Positions 42,972 through 53,179 are shown, numbered from the whole stretch's first letter. The stretch is 63,786 bases of DNA, filler included, from an uncultured Acidimicrobiia bacterium (GCA_964347285.1; 3 parts of 3 records of this genome joined end to end with filler, not necessarily neighbours in it); one strand, 5' to 3'. Numbers and translations are program-made. The notes: generated by a model from the letters alone, not told the origin.

Positions 42972-44027
42972 CTACGGACTCTCCCTCTTCTGCGCCTCAG
43001 AAGTGCCCCACAACTCGGTGGCCACGCCCATCACCGAGCGGATCGGGACGGCGGCCACGTGCACCAGGCCCTTGCCCACCGCCACCGGTATTCGGCCCGG
43101 TCGGAACCGACCGATGAACCCCCGCCGGATGAAGTAGATCCACTGCCCGATCGCCACGGCGGCCATGACACCCAGCAGAGCGAAGTACCCCCATCGCCAT
43201 TCCCGCTCGGGCATGTTGGCGAAATTCATGCCGTAGATCCCGGCGAGTAGCGACAGCGGGAGCAAGATGGCGGCGTATACGGTGAGCACCTTCATCACCG
43301 CGTTCATCCGCTCCGCCACAGTGCTCCGGTAGGTATCGAGGAGCGCCGCCAGCATCCCCTTGGCGACATCCAGGCTCTCGACGAGCCGGAAGTGGTGGTC
43401 GTAGACGTCTCCGAAGCGGCGCTGGGCGTGCTCGCTCACCACAGGCGAGTACTCGTGGCTCAGGGTGAGCAGCACCTCACGCTGGGGACCCACGATCCGG
43501 CGCAGGCGAGAGGCATCCCGGAGCAGGGCCTGAACCTCTCCCACTACGGCCGGGTCGCCTTCCACGGCCCGTACCTCGATCTCATCGACCTGATCGTCGA
43601 GTGCCTGGATGATCGGCAGGTACCTGCGAGCCTGGCCCTCGGCGAGGCGGGACAGCATGAGGTCCGGGCCGCCTTCGGCAAACGCCGGCCTGGACTGGGC
43701 CTGTTCGGCCAGCCAGGCGAGCGCCGGCACCGGGTCCTGGTGGAACGTGACCAGGAAGTCGGGGCCCACGAAGGCGTCCAACTCGACCGTCACGAGGCGA
43801 TCATCGCCCCGGCCCAGGCCGTGCAGCACGACGAAGAGGTACTCCCCGAAGTCCTCAACCTTGGGGAAATGCGCTTCGTCGATGACGTCCTCAGTGGCCA
43901 GCCGATCGAACCCGAGGCGCTCGCACAGGGCCACGATCTCGGCGACATCACCGCCTCCGAGGTCCAGCCAGAACCATCCGGCGCCGGCCCGCACGTCATC
44001 GAGCGCCGCCGGGTTCTCCTCCGTCAT
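42972..44027 (-). CDS. corA: CorA-family Mg2+/Co2+ transporter
   Basis: WFWLDL, PKVEDF, MNAVMKVLT, IYGMNF signature, two C-terminal TMs. Confidence 0.9.
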   Translation of the reverse strand: MTEENPAALDDVRAGAGWFWLDLGGGDVAEIVALCERLGFDRLATEDVIDEAHFPKVEDFGEYLFVVLHGLGRGDDRLVTVELDAFVGPDFLVTFHQDPVPALAWLAEQAQSRPAFAEGGPDLMLSRLAEGQARRYLPIIQALDDQVDEIEVRAVEGDPAVVGEVQALLRDASRLRRIVGPQREVLLTLSHEYSPVVSEHAQRRFGDVYDHHFRLVESLDVAKGMLAALLDTYRSTVAERMNAVMKVLTVYAAILLPLSLLAGIYGMNFANMPEREWRWGYFALLGVMAAVAIGQWIYFIRRGFIGRFRPGRIPVAVGKGLVHVAAVPIRSVMGVATELWGTSEAQKRESP

Positions 44028-44522
44028 GGCCCGGCCCTCGGTTTCCTTGTTGAAAAGTCTGATCACTCGACGATTATCCGCCACGAGTGGGCCAAAGCTC
44101 GGTATTGCCGGGGACTCCGTGCGATACCGCCGCCGAACAGAGTGCCGTTACGTCAAGGCGCGGGGGATGTCTGCCGGGATTCCGGCCGGCAACGGGTGTT
44201 CCTCCAGCGAAACACTCGAGTGCTCCCCTTTGGTCGGCTCGGCTTTCTCCGGTGGGTTGCGAGGCGGTCGTTGGGTCGACTCAGCCCGCTTCGGATCGCT
44301 CCACTCGGTCGACCCAATGGAGCCGCCCGTAGTGCGTGGTGTCCTGGAGTTCGACGAGATTGTGGAACACTTCAACGGTTGAGTGAGCCACGCCGCCGCC
44401 CGACCCAGCACCCGAGACACCACCCGCGAGGTGTGGCCAAAGGAGCATTAGTTCTGCAGGAACCGCCTGAGCGGCGGCGGCGTCCAATAGATGTCACATG
44501 CAATAGCAATAGGAGGTAGGCA

Positions 44523-44996
44523 ATGAGCCGAATCATCACGGCGCTGCTGCTGGGCGGAGTACTCCTTGCCGCGTGCGGCGGCGACACGACGAATGATGCC
44601 GCCGAGGTGCCCGCGGTGTCGGAGCCGGAGGTATCTGATCCTCTGCCGCTCGCAGACGACGACGCCACCCTCCCCGCGGGGATGGGCCCCGGCATCTCGG
44701 TCGCCGAGGCCCTCGAATCGACTCTCGACGAGCCGCTGCTCGTCAACGGATACGTGTTCGTATACGCCGATGGCTCGGTCGTGCTCGCCGATCTGATCGC
44801 CGAATCCTTTCCACCCCAGCCTGCCGGCGCGACGGTGTCGGTCGAAGGCATAGACGTCATGCAGATCCCGCTGACCGAGGCCGAGGGGCCCACCGACACC
44901 GACCTCGCAATCACGGCCTGGACGGACACGCCGGTCCAACTCATCGGCGAGATCGTCGACGGCGTCTTCGTGGGCAACTCGGCGGCATCGGGTTGA
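44523..44996 (+). CDS. Hypothetical lipoprotein
   Basis: AGGAGG RBS, signal peptide with LAAC lipobox, acidic mature domain. Confidence 0.75.
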   Translation: MSRIITALLLGGVLLAACGGDTTNDAAEVPAVSEPEVSDPLPLADDDATLPAGMGPGISVAEALESTLDEPLLVNGYVFVYADGSVVLADLIAESFPPQPAGATVSVEGIDVMQIPLTEAEGPTDTDLAITAWTDTPVQLIGEIVDGVFVGNSAASG

Positions 44997-45189
44997 CCGG
45001 GGACCGACTCGATCCATGGCCGGGCCCGAATCACAACCCGTGTGGGAGGGACTCCCCCTACGGCGGGGTGATGGGCTGCGGGAGTTGACCACTCGGTGAG
45101 CGTCGGGGCGTACACCCCCGGCAAGCAGAAGCCGGCGGCGTGCTTCGAGACCGAGGCAACGATCGACGGACCCACCGAGGTCAGCGCTC

Positions 45190-45345
45190 GGCTCGCTCGA
45201 TGTTGCCGGGCGACCCGCTGTGCCACTCGAGCCCGATCGGGGGGCCGGCCCTCCGCAAAGATCCACTCGGCCACCGCCGGATCAGCGTGGAGGGCAAAGA
45301 GCAGGTCGACATCTTCGGAATGCATCAGACGGAGGTGAGGCGATC
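45190..45345 (-). pseudogene. RimJ/RimL-type GNAT acetyltransferase N-terminal remnant
   Basis: LRLMHSEDVDLLFALHADPAVAEWI resembles the RimJ/L N-terminus; no acetyl-CoA-binding motif follows. Confidence 0.45.
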
Positions 45346-45362
45346 GGTGGTGACGACGTAGC

Positions 45363-45884
45363 TCACACCCGCACCAGGCGACGGCGGGTCGCCTGCCGGG
45401 GAGTCGTGACATCCTCCACGGTCACAAACGCCTCCGGTTCGACGTGACGCACGATGCTCAACACTTCGTCGGCCCGCCGCCGGGGGACGACCGTGAAGGC
45501 GATCGTGACGTCTCCGCCCATTCCTTCAGCGTCGACGACCGTCACCCCGAACCCGGCCGAGCGCAGGGCGGGGGCCACCGAGACGGAAGAAGCCGGCGTG
45601 ACGATGCGGATCATGCATTTGCCGACGGCCAGCCAGCGCTCCACCGTGGCACCAACCACTGTGCCGGTGGCGAAGCCCGCGGCGAAGGCCACCAGACGCA
45701 GGGGATTGTCGAGGTTGGTGATTACCTGGGAGGCGGCCACCACCCAGGTGAGTGACTCGAAGAAGCCGGCCAGACCGGCCCGCCACCGATCTCCCCTGGT
45801 CAGCAGCACGATGCGCAGGGTGCCCAGCGAGACGTCGATGACCCGCAGCGCGAAGATGAGCAGAGCCCCGAGAAGCGTTTCCAT
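45363..45884 (-). CDS. UPF0316 / DUF2179-DUF5698 membrane protein
   Basis: RVIDVSLGTLRI, GFFE, AAGFATGT, GFGVT..DAEG, P.AFV.VED. Confidence 0.85.
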   Translation of the reverse strand: METLLGALLIFALRVIDVSLGTLRIVLLTRGDRWRAGLAGFFESLTWVVAASQVITNLDNPLRLVAFAAGFATGTVVGATVERWLAVGKCMIRIVTPASSVSVAPALRSAGFGVTVVDAEGMGGDVTIAFTVVPRRRADEVLSIVRHVEPEAFVTVEDVTTPRQATRRRLVRV

Positions 45885-45904
45885 GGTCGGCGAAAGAAGC
45901 GGCC

Positions 45905-48241
45905 TCAGATCCCCTTCTCGAAGTCATCCTCGAAGGACACGACGGTCCGGCCTTCCTTGGGCGGCTTCGTCCCGGCGGCGACGGCCTCGCGACGGGCTCG
46001 CGGCTTGCGGTCCCTGGCGCCTCGACGCCGCTCGCCGTCGTCGTCCCGCTTCTCGCGCCGCGGCGGAGCCTCTCGCTCCCGGCCCTCCTCGTCGGCCGGT
46101 GCGCCGGCCAGATCGAGACTCACCTTGCCGCGATCGTCGATCTCCCGAACGACGACTTCGACCCGATCACCGAGCCGATACTCGTCTTCCACCCGCTCGA
46201 GACGACGTCCGCCGCCCATCTTCGAGATGTGGAGCAGTCCGTCCCGACCGGGGAGCAGGTTGACGAAAGCGCCGAACTTGGTGATGTTGACGATTTCGCC
46301 CTCGTAGGTTGCCCCCAACTCGACTTCCGGAGGAAAGGCGATCTCGAGCACCTTGTCTTTGGCGGCTTTCAATTGAGCACCGTCGGAGGAGCCGATGACT
46401 ACGGTCCCGTCCTCCTGGACGTCGAGCGATGCTCCGGTCAGCTCCTCGATCTCACGAATCGTCTTGCCCTTGGGGCCGATGATCTCGCCGATCTTGTCCT
46501 TGGGTATCTCCACCGCCTCGATGCGTGGTGCGAACTGGTTCAGGTCGCTGCGGGGCTCCGGCAACGCCTTCTTCATGGCGGCCAGCACCTCGAGGCGGGC
46601 CCGCTTGGCCTGTTCCAAAGCTCCGGTGAGCACCTCGGCCGGGAGTGCTTTGATCTTTGTGTCGAGTTGCATGGCGGTGATCATGTCCGCCGTGCCGGCG
46701 ACCTTGAAGTCCATGTCGCCGAGAGCATCCTCGGCGCCCAGGATGTCGGTCAGGGTCACGAATCCGTCTTCGTGAGCGATCAGCCCCATGGCGATGCCGG
46801 CCACCGGCTCGGCAATGGGAACGCCGGCATCCATGAGGGCCAGGCTCGATCCACACACCGAGGCCATCGATGTGCTGCCGTTGGAGCTCAGCACGTCCGA
46901 CACCACGCGCACGGCATACGGGAACTCCTCCGCCGTCGGCACGACCGGCAGCACCGCTTTCTCGGCCAGGTATCCATGGCCGATCTCACGCCTCTTGGGC
47001 CCGCGCATGAACCCGACCTCTCCGGTCGAGAAGGGCGGGAAGTTGTAATGGTGCATGTATCGCTTCGACTCCTCGAGGGAGATCGTGTCGAGCATCTGCT
47101 CCATGCGCAGCATGCCCAGGGTGGCGACGCTCAGAACTTGGGTCTCCCCGCGCTGGAAGAGCCCGGTGCCGTGGGCACGGCTGACCACACCCACTTCGGC
47201 ACTCAGGTCACGGATCTGATCGGGAACCCGGCCGTCCAACCGCACCCCCTCTTCGATGACCCGGCGTCGCATCGCCTCCTTCAACAGGTTCCGCAAGATC
47301 TTGGCCACCCGGCCCTGTGTCTCGACGTCGTCCTCGGGCACCTCGAGGGCTCCCAGGGTCTCTTCGAGGGCGGTCTCCTCTGCGCTGCGCCGCTCCCTCT
47401 TGTCGGCGATCGCGACCAGGCGGGTCACCTTCTCGGCCGCCACCGTCCGGACCTTGGAGAGCATCTCCTCGCTGTAGTCCTCGACCACGGGGAACTCCAC
47501 TTCGGGCGGCTCGCCCACTTGGCCCGCCAGCTCTAACTGGAGCTCGATCATTTGGCCGATGTATTCCTTGGCCTCCTCGAGGCCGCCGGCAATCGTTTCC
47601 TCGTCGCTCGGGACCTGACCGGCCTGCACATGGCGATACCCGTCTTCGGTGGTCCCTGCTTCGACCATGGAGATGTCGATGCCGCCGTCCTCGTTGCGGG
47701 TGCCGGCCACCACGAGTTCGAACACACTGGCGTCGAGCTCCTCGAACGTTGGATATGCGATCCACTCCCCGTCCTTGAGGGCGAGGCGTACGGCACCAAT
47801 CGGGCCTTCGAAAGGGATCGGTGAGATCGTCAGAGCAGCCGAGGCACCGTTGAGAGCCACGATGTCGTACGGATTCTCGGCGTCCACCGACAGGACGGTG
47901 GCCACGATGTGCGTCTCGGAACGGAAGCCCTCTCGAAACGAGGGACGCAGGGGTCGATCGATGAGGCGAGCCGTCAGGATCGCCTTCTCGGTCGGCCGGC
48001 CCTCGCGGCGGAAGAACGAGCCGGGGATCTTCCCGGCGGCGTACATCCGCTCCTCGACGTCTACGGTGAGAGGAAAGAAGTCGACGCCGGGACGCAGCCC
48101 TCGGTCGGCGGTGGCGGTGACGAGGACCTCGGTGTCTCCCATCCGGGCCACCACCGAGCCGTCGGCGAGCAGCGCCATCTTCCCGGTAGTGATTGCAGTG
48201 TTCTTGCCGCCGATGGTGCGGCGAGCGGTCATATCAGCCAC
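45905..48241 (-). CDS. pnp: Polyribonucleotide nucleotidyltransferase (PNPase)
   Basis: FFPLTVDVEER, RREGRP, RREIGHG, SNGSTSMASVC, GDMDFKVAG, KH and S1 domains; AAGGAG RBS. Confidence 0.97.
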   Translation of the reverse strand: MADMTARRTIGGKNTAITTGKMALLADGSVVARMGDTEVLVTATADRGLRPGVDFFPLTVDVEERMYAAGKIPGSFFRREGRPTEKAILTARLIDRPLRPSFREGFRSETHIVATVLSVDAENPYDIVALNGASAALTISPIPFEGPIGAVRLALKDGEWIAYPTFEELDASVFELVVAGTRNEDGGIDISMVEAGTTEDGYRHVQAGQVPSDEETIAGGLEEAKEYIGQMIELQLELAGQVGEPPEVEFPVVEDYSEEMLSKVRTVAAEKVTRLVAIADKRERRSAEETALEETLGALEVPEDDVETQGRVAKILRNLLKEAMRRRVIEEGVRLDGRVPDQIRDLSAEVGVVSRAHGTGLFQRGETQVLSVATLGMLRMEQMLDTISLEESKRYMHHYNFPPFSTGEVGFMRGPKRREIGHGYLAEKAVLPVVPTAEEFPYAVRVVSDVLSSNGSTSMASVCGSSLALMDAGVPIAEPVAGIAMGLIAHEDGFVTLTDILGAEDALGDMDFKVAGTADMITAMQLDTKIKALPAEVLTGALEQAKRARLEVLAAMKKALPEPRSDLNQFAPRIEAVEIPKDKIGEIIGPKGKTIREIEELTGASLDVQEDGTVVIGSSDGAQLKAAKDKVLEIAFPPEVELGATYEGEIVNITKFGAFVNLLPGRDGLLHISKMGGGRRLERVEDEYRLGDRVEVVVREIDDRGKVSLDLAGAPADEEGREREAPPRREKRDDDGERRRGARDRKPRARREAVAAGTKPPKEGRTVVSFEDDFEKGI

Positions 48242-48269
48242 GCTGTCTCCTTGTGCGTGTTGGGGAGGG

Positions 48270-48341
48270 AGACGGCGGGCCAATTACCAGTGGCCACCCC
48301 CCGCCTGGGGGCGGGAGGTCGCCACTGACAACCGGCCGTCA
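48270..48341 (-). promoter_or_regulatory. rpsO-pnp intergenic long stem-loop (putative RNase III processing site)
   Basis: GGCCGGTTGTCAGTGGC pairs with GCCACTGGTAATTGGCC (with G-U pairs), closed by GACGGC/GCCGTC; position matches known pnp leader hairpins. Confidence 0.65.
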
Positions 48342-48399
48342 GCTCCCTCCAGTTCTCGAGTTGTGCAGCGGCACCGGCCGCCGCCGGGCCGCATCCTCC

Positions 48400-48657
48400 C
48401 TATCTCCTGAGGCCCAGGCGGGCGATAACGCTCCGATAGCGCTCGACGTCCGTGTTCTTCAGGTAGTCGAGCAACCGTCGGCGCCTCCCCACCATCATCA
48501 GCAATCCCCGCCGGCTGTGATGGTCCCCTGTATGGACCTTCAGGTGCTCGGTGAGATGATTGATGCGCTCGGTCAGCAGTGCCGCCTGGACCTCGGGAGA
48601 CCCGGTGTCGGTGGCATGCGTGCCGAACTCGGCGACGATGGTCTGGGTGTCCTTCAT
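48400..48657 (-). CDS. rpsO: 30S ribosomal protein S15
   Basis: [19 protein letters not shown]...[20 protein letters not shown]. Confidence 0.97.
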   Translation of the reverse strand: MKDTQTIVAEFGTHATDTGSPEVQAALLTERINHLTEHLKVHTGDHHSRRGLLMMVGRRRRLLDYLKNTDVERYRSVIARLGLRR

Positions 48658-48702
48658 GGAGAAGACCGGAACAGTTGGCCCGGCCCCGGAAGTGTAGCAG
48701 TG

Positions 48703-49086
48703 CTAGCCCTCCACCACGATGGCCTCGACCTCGACCTCCACCTTCCACGCCGGGTCGATGAGCGAGGTCACCACCATGGTCGCCGCCGGGGCCGCCCCAC
48801 CGAACACCTCCCGGTGGGCCCGCCCCACCTCATCGGCATCGACGGGGTCGGTGATGTACATGCGGGTCCGGACCACATCGGAGGCGGAAGCCCCGACTTC
48901 GGCCAGGGCGGCGTTGATGATCTCACCGCATCGCAGCATCTGCTGGTAGGCCGTCACCGGTTGTTCGCCTTCCCGGGCCGGTATCGGGGCGGTGCCGGAC
49001 ACGAACACCCGCTCGCCGACCCGAACTGCCCGGGAGAACCCGTAGCGATCCTCGTAGGGAGAGCCGGAGCGCGCTCGCACCGCCAT
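48703..49086 (-). CDS. RidA/YjgF-family protein
   Basis: GSPYE...GFSRAV, VSGTAP, DVVRTRMY, PAATMV, VEVEVEA. Confidence 0.88.
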   Translation of the reverse strand: MAVRARSGSPYEDRYGFSRAVRVGERVFVSGTAPIPAREGEQPVTAYQQMLRCGEIINAALAEVGASASDVVRTRMYITDPVDADEVGRAHREVFGGAAPAATMVVTSLIDPAWKVEVEVEAIVVEG

Positions 49087-49263
49087 GGCCGGCAGCGTAG
49101 CCAACGGGTGCGCAACCGGCCGGTCACCGCCACCAGCCGGGCGGCCACTCCCCTAATCGGGCCGGCAGCCGTTGGTGGCGGTCCCATCGACAGGAACCGG
49201 CGGCCCAGAGCTCGTCGAGGATGCAGGCCGCCACTGCCGTCGAGTGGAGGACGAAGCGGTGGG

Positions 49264-49363
49264 NNNNNNNNNNNNNNNNNNNNNNNNNNNNNNNNNNNNN
49301 NNNNNNNTTAATTAATTAANNNNNNNNNNNNNNNNNNNNNNNNNNNNNNNNNNNNNNNNNNNN
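49264..49363. other. Artificial contig linker (N44-TTAATTAATTAA-N44)
   Basis: Same 100-nt six-frame stop linker as at 24701. Confidence 0.97.
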
Positions 49364-50635
49364 GCCGCTGAACCGGAAGACGTTCAGTCCTTCGTTGATG
49401 TGGGTCTCGTAGATGAAGTTGTTGTACCAGTACGAGGACCACGCACCACCGATCTCACATCCGAGCCCACCGCAGAACGGTCCGCCCGGCGGTGGGATGG
49501 GGGGCGGATCCGAGAAGGCGATCTCCACGGCGTTCGCCGGGTCTGTGAAGTCGACCACGCTGGTGCCCGACTGATAGCTGCCGTGCACCAGAACGTCGCG
49601 ACCGCTGGGGAGCGGCACGACGTTGAAGTTGTGGATCGTGCAGTTCTCGATGTCCGACTGGAACCGGGTCAGTTCCCAGGTACCCAGCAGGTCTCCGTTG
49701 CCGGTGTCGTAGAAGAACAGTGACCGGTCCGAGGGTGGGTTGCTTTCCTGGCAGTTGGCCTGCACGCCGCCACCAGGCTCGTGGCCAAAGACCAGCACTT
49801 CACCGTCATAGCTGAAGGCTGCCGTGTGGCCGATGGAGACTCCCGGCACCGCTTCTGCCCTGACGAGTTCGGGGTCTTCGAGTGAGTCTTCCAGGCTCCA
49901 AAGCACGTAGCCCTCGTCCCCGGCGCAGGCCGCCAGCATGGCATCACCGAGGATGACCGCGGTGTCGTGACAGTCGGTTTCCGCCGGCTCGGTGCGGATA
50001 TATGCCGCTGCAGCCGGATCGTCCAAAGGCACCTCGACGATGTCGATCCCTTGACACTGACTGCCCGAGTTGTAGACGACGAGCCGACCGTTGGCCGGGT
50101 CGGGCACCCCCGTGGCCGTGTGCGAGCCGCAGCGACCGGGAATCGCACCCGTGCTCAGGTCGACGGACCCGACCAGGACCGGGTCTTCGACATCGCTGAT
50201 GTCGAAGACGTGCAGGCCCTCGAAGCCCTCAGCCACGGCTTCACCGTCGCAGTTGGCTCCTAGGCCGGCCGGTGAGTTCCACGACCTCACCAAGACGTCC
50301 TCCCACACGATGATGTCGCCCTGGTTGCCCGTACACGTCGTGAACGACACCTGCTTGGGATTGCCCGGCGCCGAGATGTCTCGAACGTTGAACCCGAGCC
50401 ATGAGCCCTGGAAGGCGTACTTGCCCCAGAAGGCCATGTCGGTGTGGATGTTCGGGTTGCCGACATCCGGGTTCAGCAGGCTGGCCGGCTCCTCGATGTG
50501 CCCCATCGGGTGCAGGTTCTTGGTCCGTGGATCGTCGTCGTGGCCGGCACCGGCCGGGCCGGCCGATAAGACCAGCACCACAGCCGACAGTGCAGCCAGC
50601 AGGACGAGCGCTCGAGTCTTTCTGAGTCGAGCCAT
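49364..50635 (-). CDS. Secreted LVIVD-repeat beta-propeller protein, 3'-truncated at contig end
   Basis: Signal peptide; TDMAFWG, C.G.QGD, FEG..VFDISD, CGSHT, CHD, GHT, CTIHN, YQSG, GAWSSYWYN. Confidence 0.8.
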
Positions 50636-51209
50636 GAGCATCCTCTCCCTTCCTGTTCGTTGCCGCAGTGCGGCAAAGCCCAATGGCGCCTGACACTACC
50701 AACTGTGGTCGTGCCGCATCGGATCGAGTGTTGATACTGCGGGTGGTCTCGGCACCGGCTGCTGAAGAATGGCAGCTCCATCATTCTCAACCGGGAGCCG
50801 GGGGGACCGGACTCAGCGACTTTCGGTACTGAGGGTCGCAGGGGCCGGCATGGATCTATCGAGGCCGAACTACCAAGAAGGAAAGCTCTGGCAACTGTGC
50901 CTTGACGGCCGACGCCTGGCCTCGCATCGGACGGCCGACACGAAGATGAACACGTCCATAAACCAAGGGCCGAGCTCCGGTAGGGCGGCAGTTGGGTCGC
51001 GAACCTCGCCGACAACGAGGAGCCGGGCGAAGACCGCGAAATCCGTTTTGGCTGCCGGTGTCGGGCCGCTTCGGCCCGGGACGGCCATCACATGCGAGCC
51101 CCTGTGTTCTGGGGCGGCCCGCGTAGTGGCAAACCCCCGGTGACGGCGCTGGCTCCAATGCCTGACGTCCCGGTGGGTGCGGCTTGCTCGGGTCGGGGAA
51201 GAGGCGGGC

Positions 51210-51686
51210 TCAGGCCTCCCTGGGGATCTTGCCACCCAGTCGCAGCATCCCTTTCATGATCCTGTGCCCGAAGTCGGCGGTGGGCGAATACATCAACGGG
51301 CACCCGCCCGCAATGCAGGTGATCCCCTGGTCCCGACACAACGAAGCGGCCGTCTCCGAGACGCTGCCCTCCCCAAACGAGCGGTGCATCCATACCCTGG
51401 TGATGCCCAGCTCGGCGCAATCCCTGACCACACTCTCGGCGACCTCGGGAGTGGTGGCCACCACGACCGCATCCACTCCTCCCGGAATGCTCTTGAGGTC
51501 GTGGTAGCAGGGATCGCCCTCGACCTCGTCGGCGTTGGGGTTGACCGCAAAGACCTCATACCCCCGGTCGCGCAGGCGCCGGTAGACGATGTTGCCGCCG
51601 TGCTCTTTGGGTTGGCGGGAGACCCCGGCTACGGCAATCCGCTTCTGGGCCAGGAAATCAGCCGCTGCTTCCTTCGCGGTTGGCAT
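51210..51686 (-). CDS. CoA-binding protein (YccU-like)
   Basis: IAVAGVSR, GYEVFAVNP, G..RVWMH, GGCPLM; GGAGGAG RBS. Confidence 0.85.
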   Translation of the reverse strand: MPTAKEAAADFLAQKRIAVAGVSRQPKEHGGNIVYRRLRDRGYEVFAVNPNADEVEGDPCYHDLKSIPGGVDAVVVATTPEVAESVVRDCAELGITRVWMHRSFGEGSVSETAASLCRDQGITCIAGGCPLMYSPTADFGHRIMKGMLRLGGKIPREA

Positions 51687-51723
51687 GGTGTTTCTCCTCC
51701 AGTATCTCCGCAGAGACGTCTCG

Positions 51724-51966
51724 TCAGGCAGCCGGCTGCTTGGCGGCCTCCCGCTCCTCGAGGATCTCGAGAATCCGCGTGGTCTGTTCACGGGTGGCGG
51801 CGACGTTGTCGAACATCACCCTCGGCGGGAAGTCCTCGGGCATCTCCGCCATGCGGGCCGCCATCCTCTCCCACATTGAGGCGCCGCCGGTGCACTTGCG
51901 AGCGAGCAGCGTCATGCCGACCACCGCACCGGCCACACCGAGTGTCACCAGGAGCCTTTTCTTCAT
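51724..51966 (-). CDS. Small membrane-anchored hypothetical protein
   Basis: GAGGGGG RBS, N-terminal TM, MPEDFPPRVMFDNV helical tail; co-oriented with the CoA-binding gene. Confidence 0.6.
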   Translation of the reverse strand: MKKRLLVTLGVAGAVVGMTLLARKCTGGASMWERMAARMAEMPEDFPPRVMFDNVAATREQTTRILEILEEREAAKQPAA

Positions 51967-52196
51967 CGTCAGTCCCCCTCTCGATCAGGGCCCGTCAACC
52001 TGTCTCTATACGACCGGTGGGCGGCCGTCCAGGGTCTAAGGACCCGACCCGACCGGGTCGGGCTGCCGGTCCGGAACACCTTCCCTCGAGCGGCCGTCCG
52101 GGCAACCAAGCAGGAGCCGGCGCCACCTAGGCTTGGCGGGGAGTGGTCAGCGCGCGCCGAAAGGGATGCCTTCGGCAACACACGGGAGGTAGCGGC

Positions 52197-53150
52197 ATGA
52201 GGAGCTTTGCCGGGAGGGACATCCTGTCCCTGAAGGACTTCGAGCGGGCCGAGTTCGAGCACGTGTTCGAGGTGGCCGACGAGCTGGAGCCGATCGCCCG
52301 GCGACGGCAGAACAGCGACCTGTTGAAGGACAAGACGCTGCTGACCGCCTTCTACCAGCCGTCCACCCGCACCCGCCTGGCCCACGAGGCGGCGATGCAC
52401 CGGCTCGGCGGGCACGTCCTCGGCTTTGCCGATCCCAAGATGACCCGGGCCGGAGACTTCTACCAGGAGTCGATCAAGGACACCGTCCACATGCTCGAGT
52501 ACTACGCCGACGTCATCGTGATGCGCCACTTCCAGCAAGGAGCGCCTCATGAGGCGGCAAAATGGGCCAGCGTGCCGGTGATCAACGCCGGGGACGGCTG
52601 GGGGGAACATCCCACCCAGGTGCTGACCGACCTCTACACGATCAGGCAAGAGGTCGGAGTGGTGGACGGGTTGACGTTCCTGGCGGTGGGTGACTGGCGG
52701 ATGCGGACCATGCACTCGCTCGGCTACGCCCTCACCCAGTTCGATTCCGACATCATCTACGTGTGTCCCGACGACATGGCCCCCACCAAGGAGTTCCTGG
52801 CCGAGGTGGAGGGCCAGAACCTCCGGATACGGCGGGCCGACCACGTGGCCGATGTGATGAGCGAGGTCGACGTGATCTACATGGAGCCGGTGGTGCAAGC
52901 CGACTACACCGCCAGCCGGGAGGAGGCTGTGGGGGAGAAAGGCCTCACTCCGGAGAACTTCAAGGTGACCCGGGAGCTGCTGGCGGACACAGCCAAGAGC
53001 GACTCGATCATCCTCCATTCACTGCCGCGCATGGACGAGCTGCCCACCGACGTCGACTCCACCCGTCACGCCCGTTACTGGCAGGAGGCCTACTACGGAG
53101 TGGTGATGCGCATGGCGCTGCTGGGCCTCGTGCTGGGAGCAATGGAGTAG
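52197..53150 (+). CDS. Aspartate-carbamoyltransferase-fold carbamoyltransferase, non-canonical
   Basis: STRTR, INAGDG..EHPTQ and HSLPR present; the PyrB R-x-Q-x-E-R motif is replaced by YMEPVVQ. Confidence 0.85.
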   Translation: MRSFAGRDILSLKDFERAEFEHVFEVADELEPIARRRQNSDLLKDKTLLTAFYQPSTRTRLAHEAAMHRLGGHVLGFADPKMTRAGDFYQESIKDTVHMLEYYADVIVMRHFQQGAPHEAAKWASVPVINAGDGWGEHPTQVLTDLYTIRQEVGVVDGLTFLAVGDWRMRTMHSLGYALTQFDSDIIYVCPDDMAPTKEFLAEVEGQNLRIRRADHVADVMSEVDVIYMEPVVQADYTASREEAVGEKGLTPENFKVTRELLADTAKSDSIILHSLPRMDELPTDVDSTRHARYWQEAYYGVVMRMALLGLVLGAME

Positions 53151-53179
53151 ACGCGGGAGCGGGGAGAGGAGGCGGTCGA

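Noticed and set aside
44085..44500. M-box (ykoK) Mg2+ riboswitch upstream of corA
   Set aside because: No recognisable M-box consensus on the minus strand by eye.
50700..51200. Short ORFs between the LVIVD and CoA-binding genes
   Set aside because: No RBS, motif or convincing coding character; possibly decayed sequence, but not supportable.
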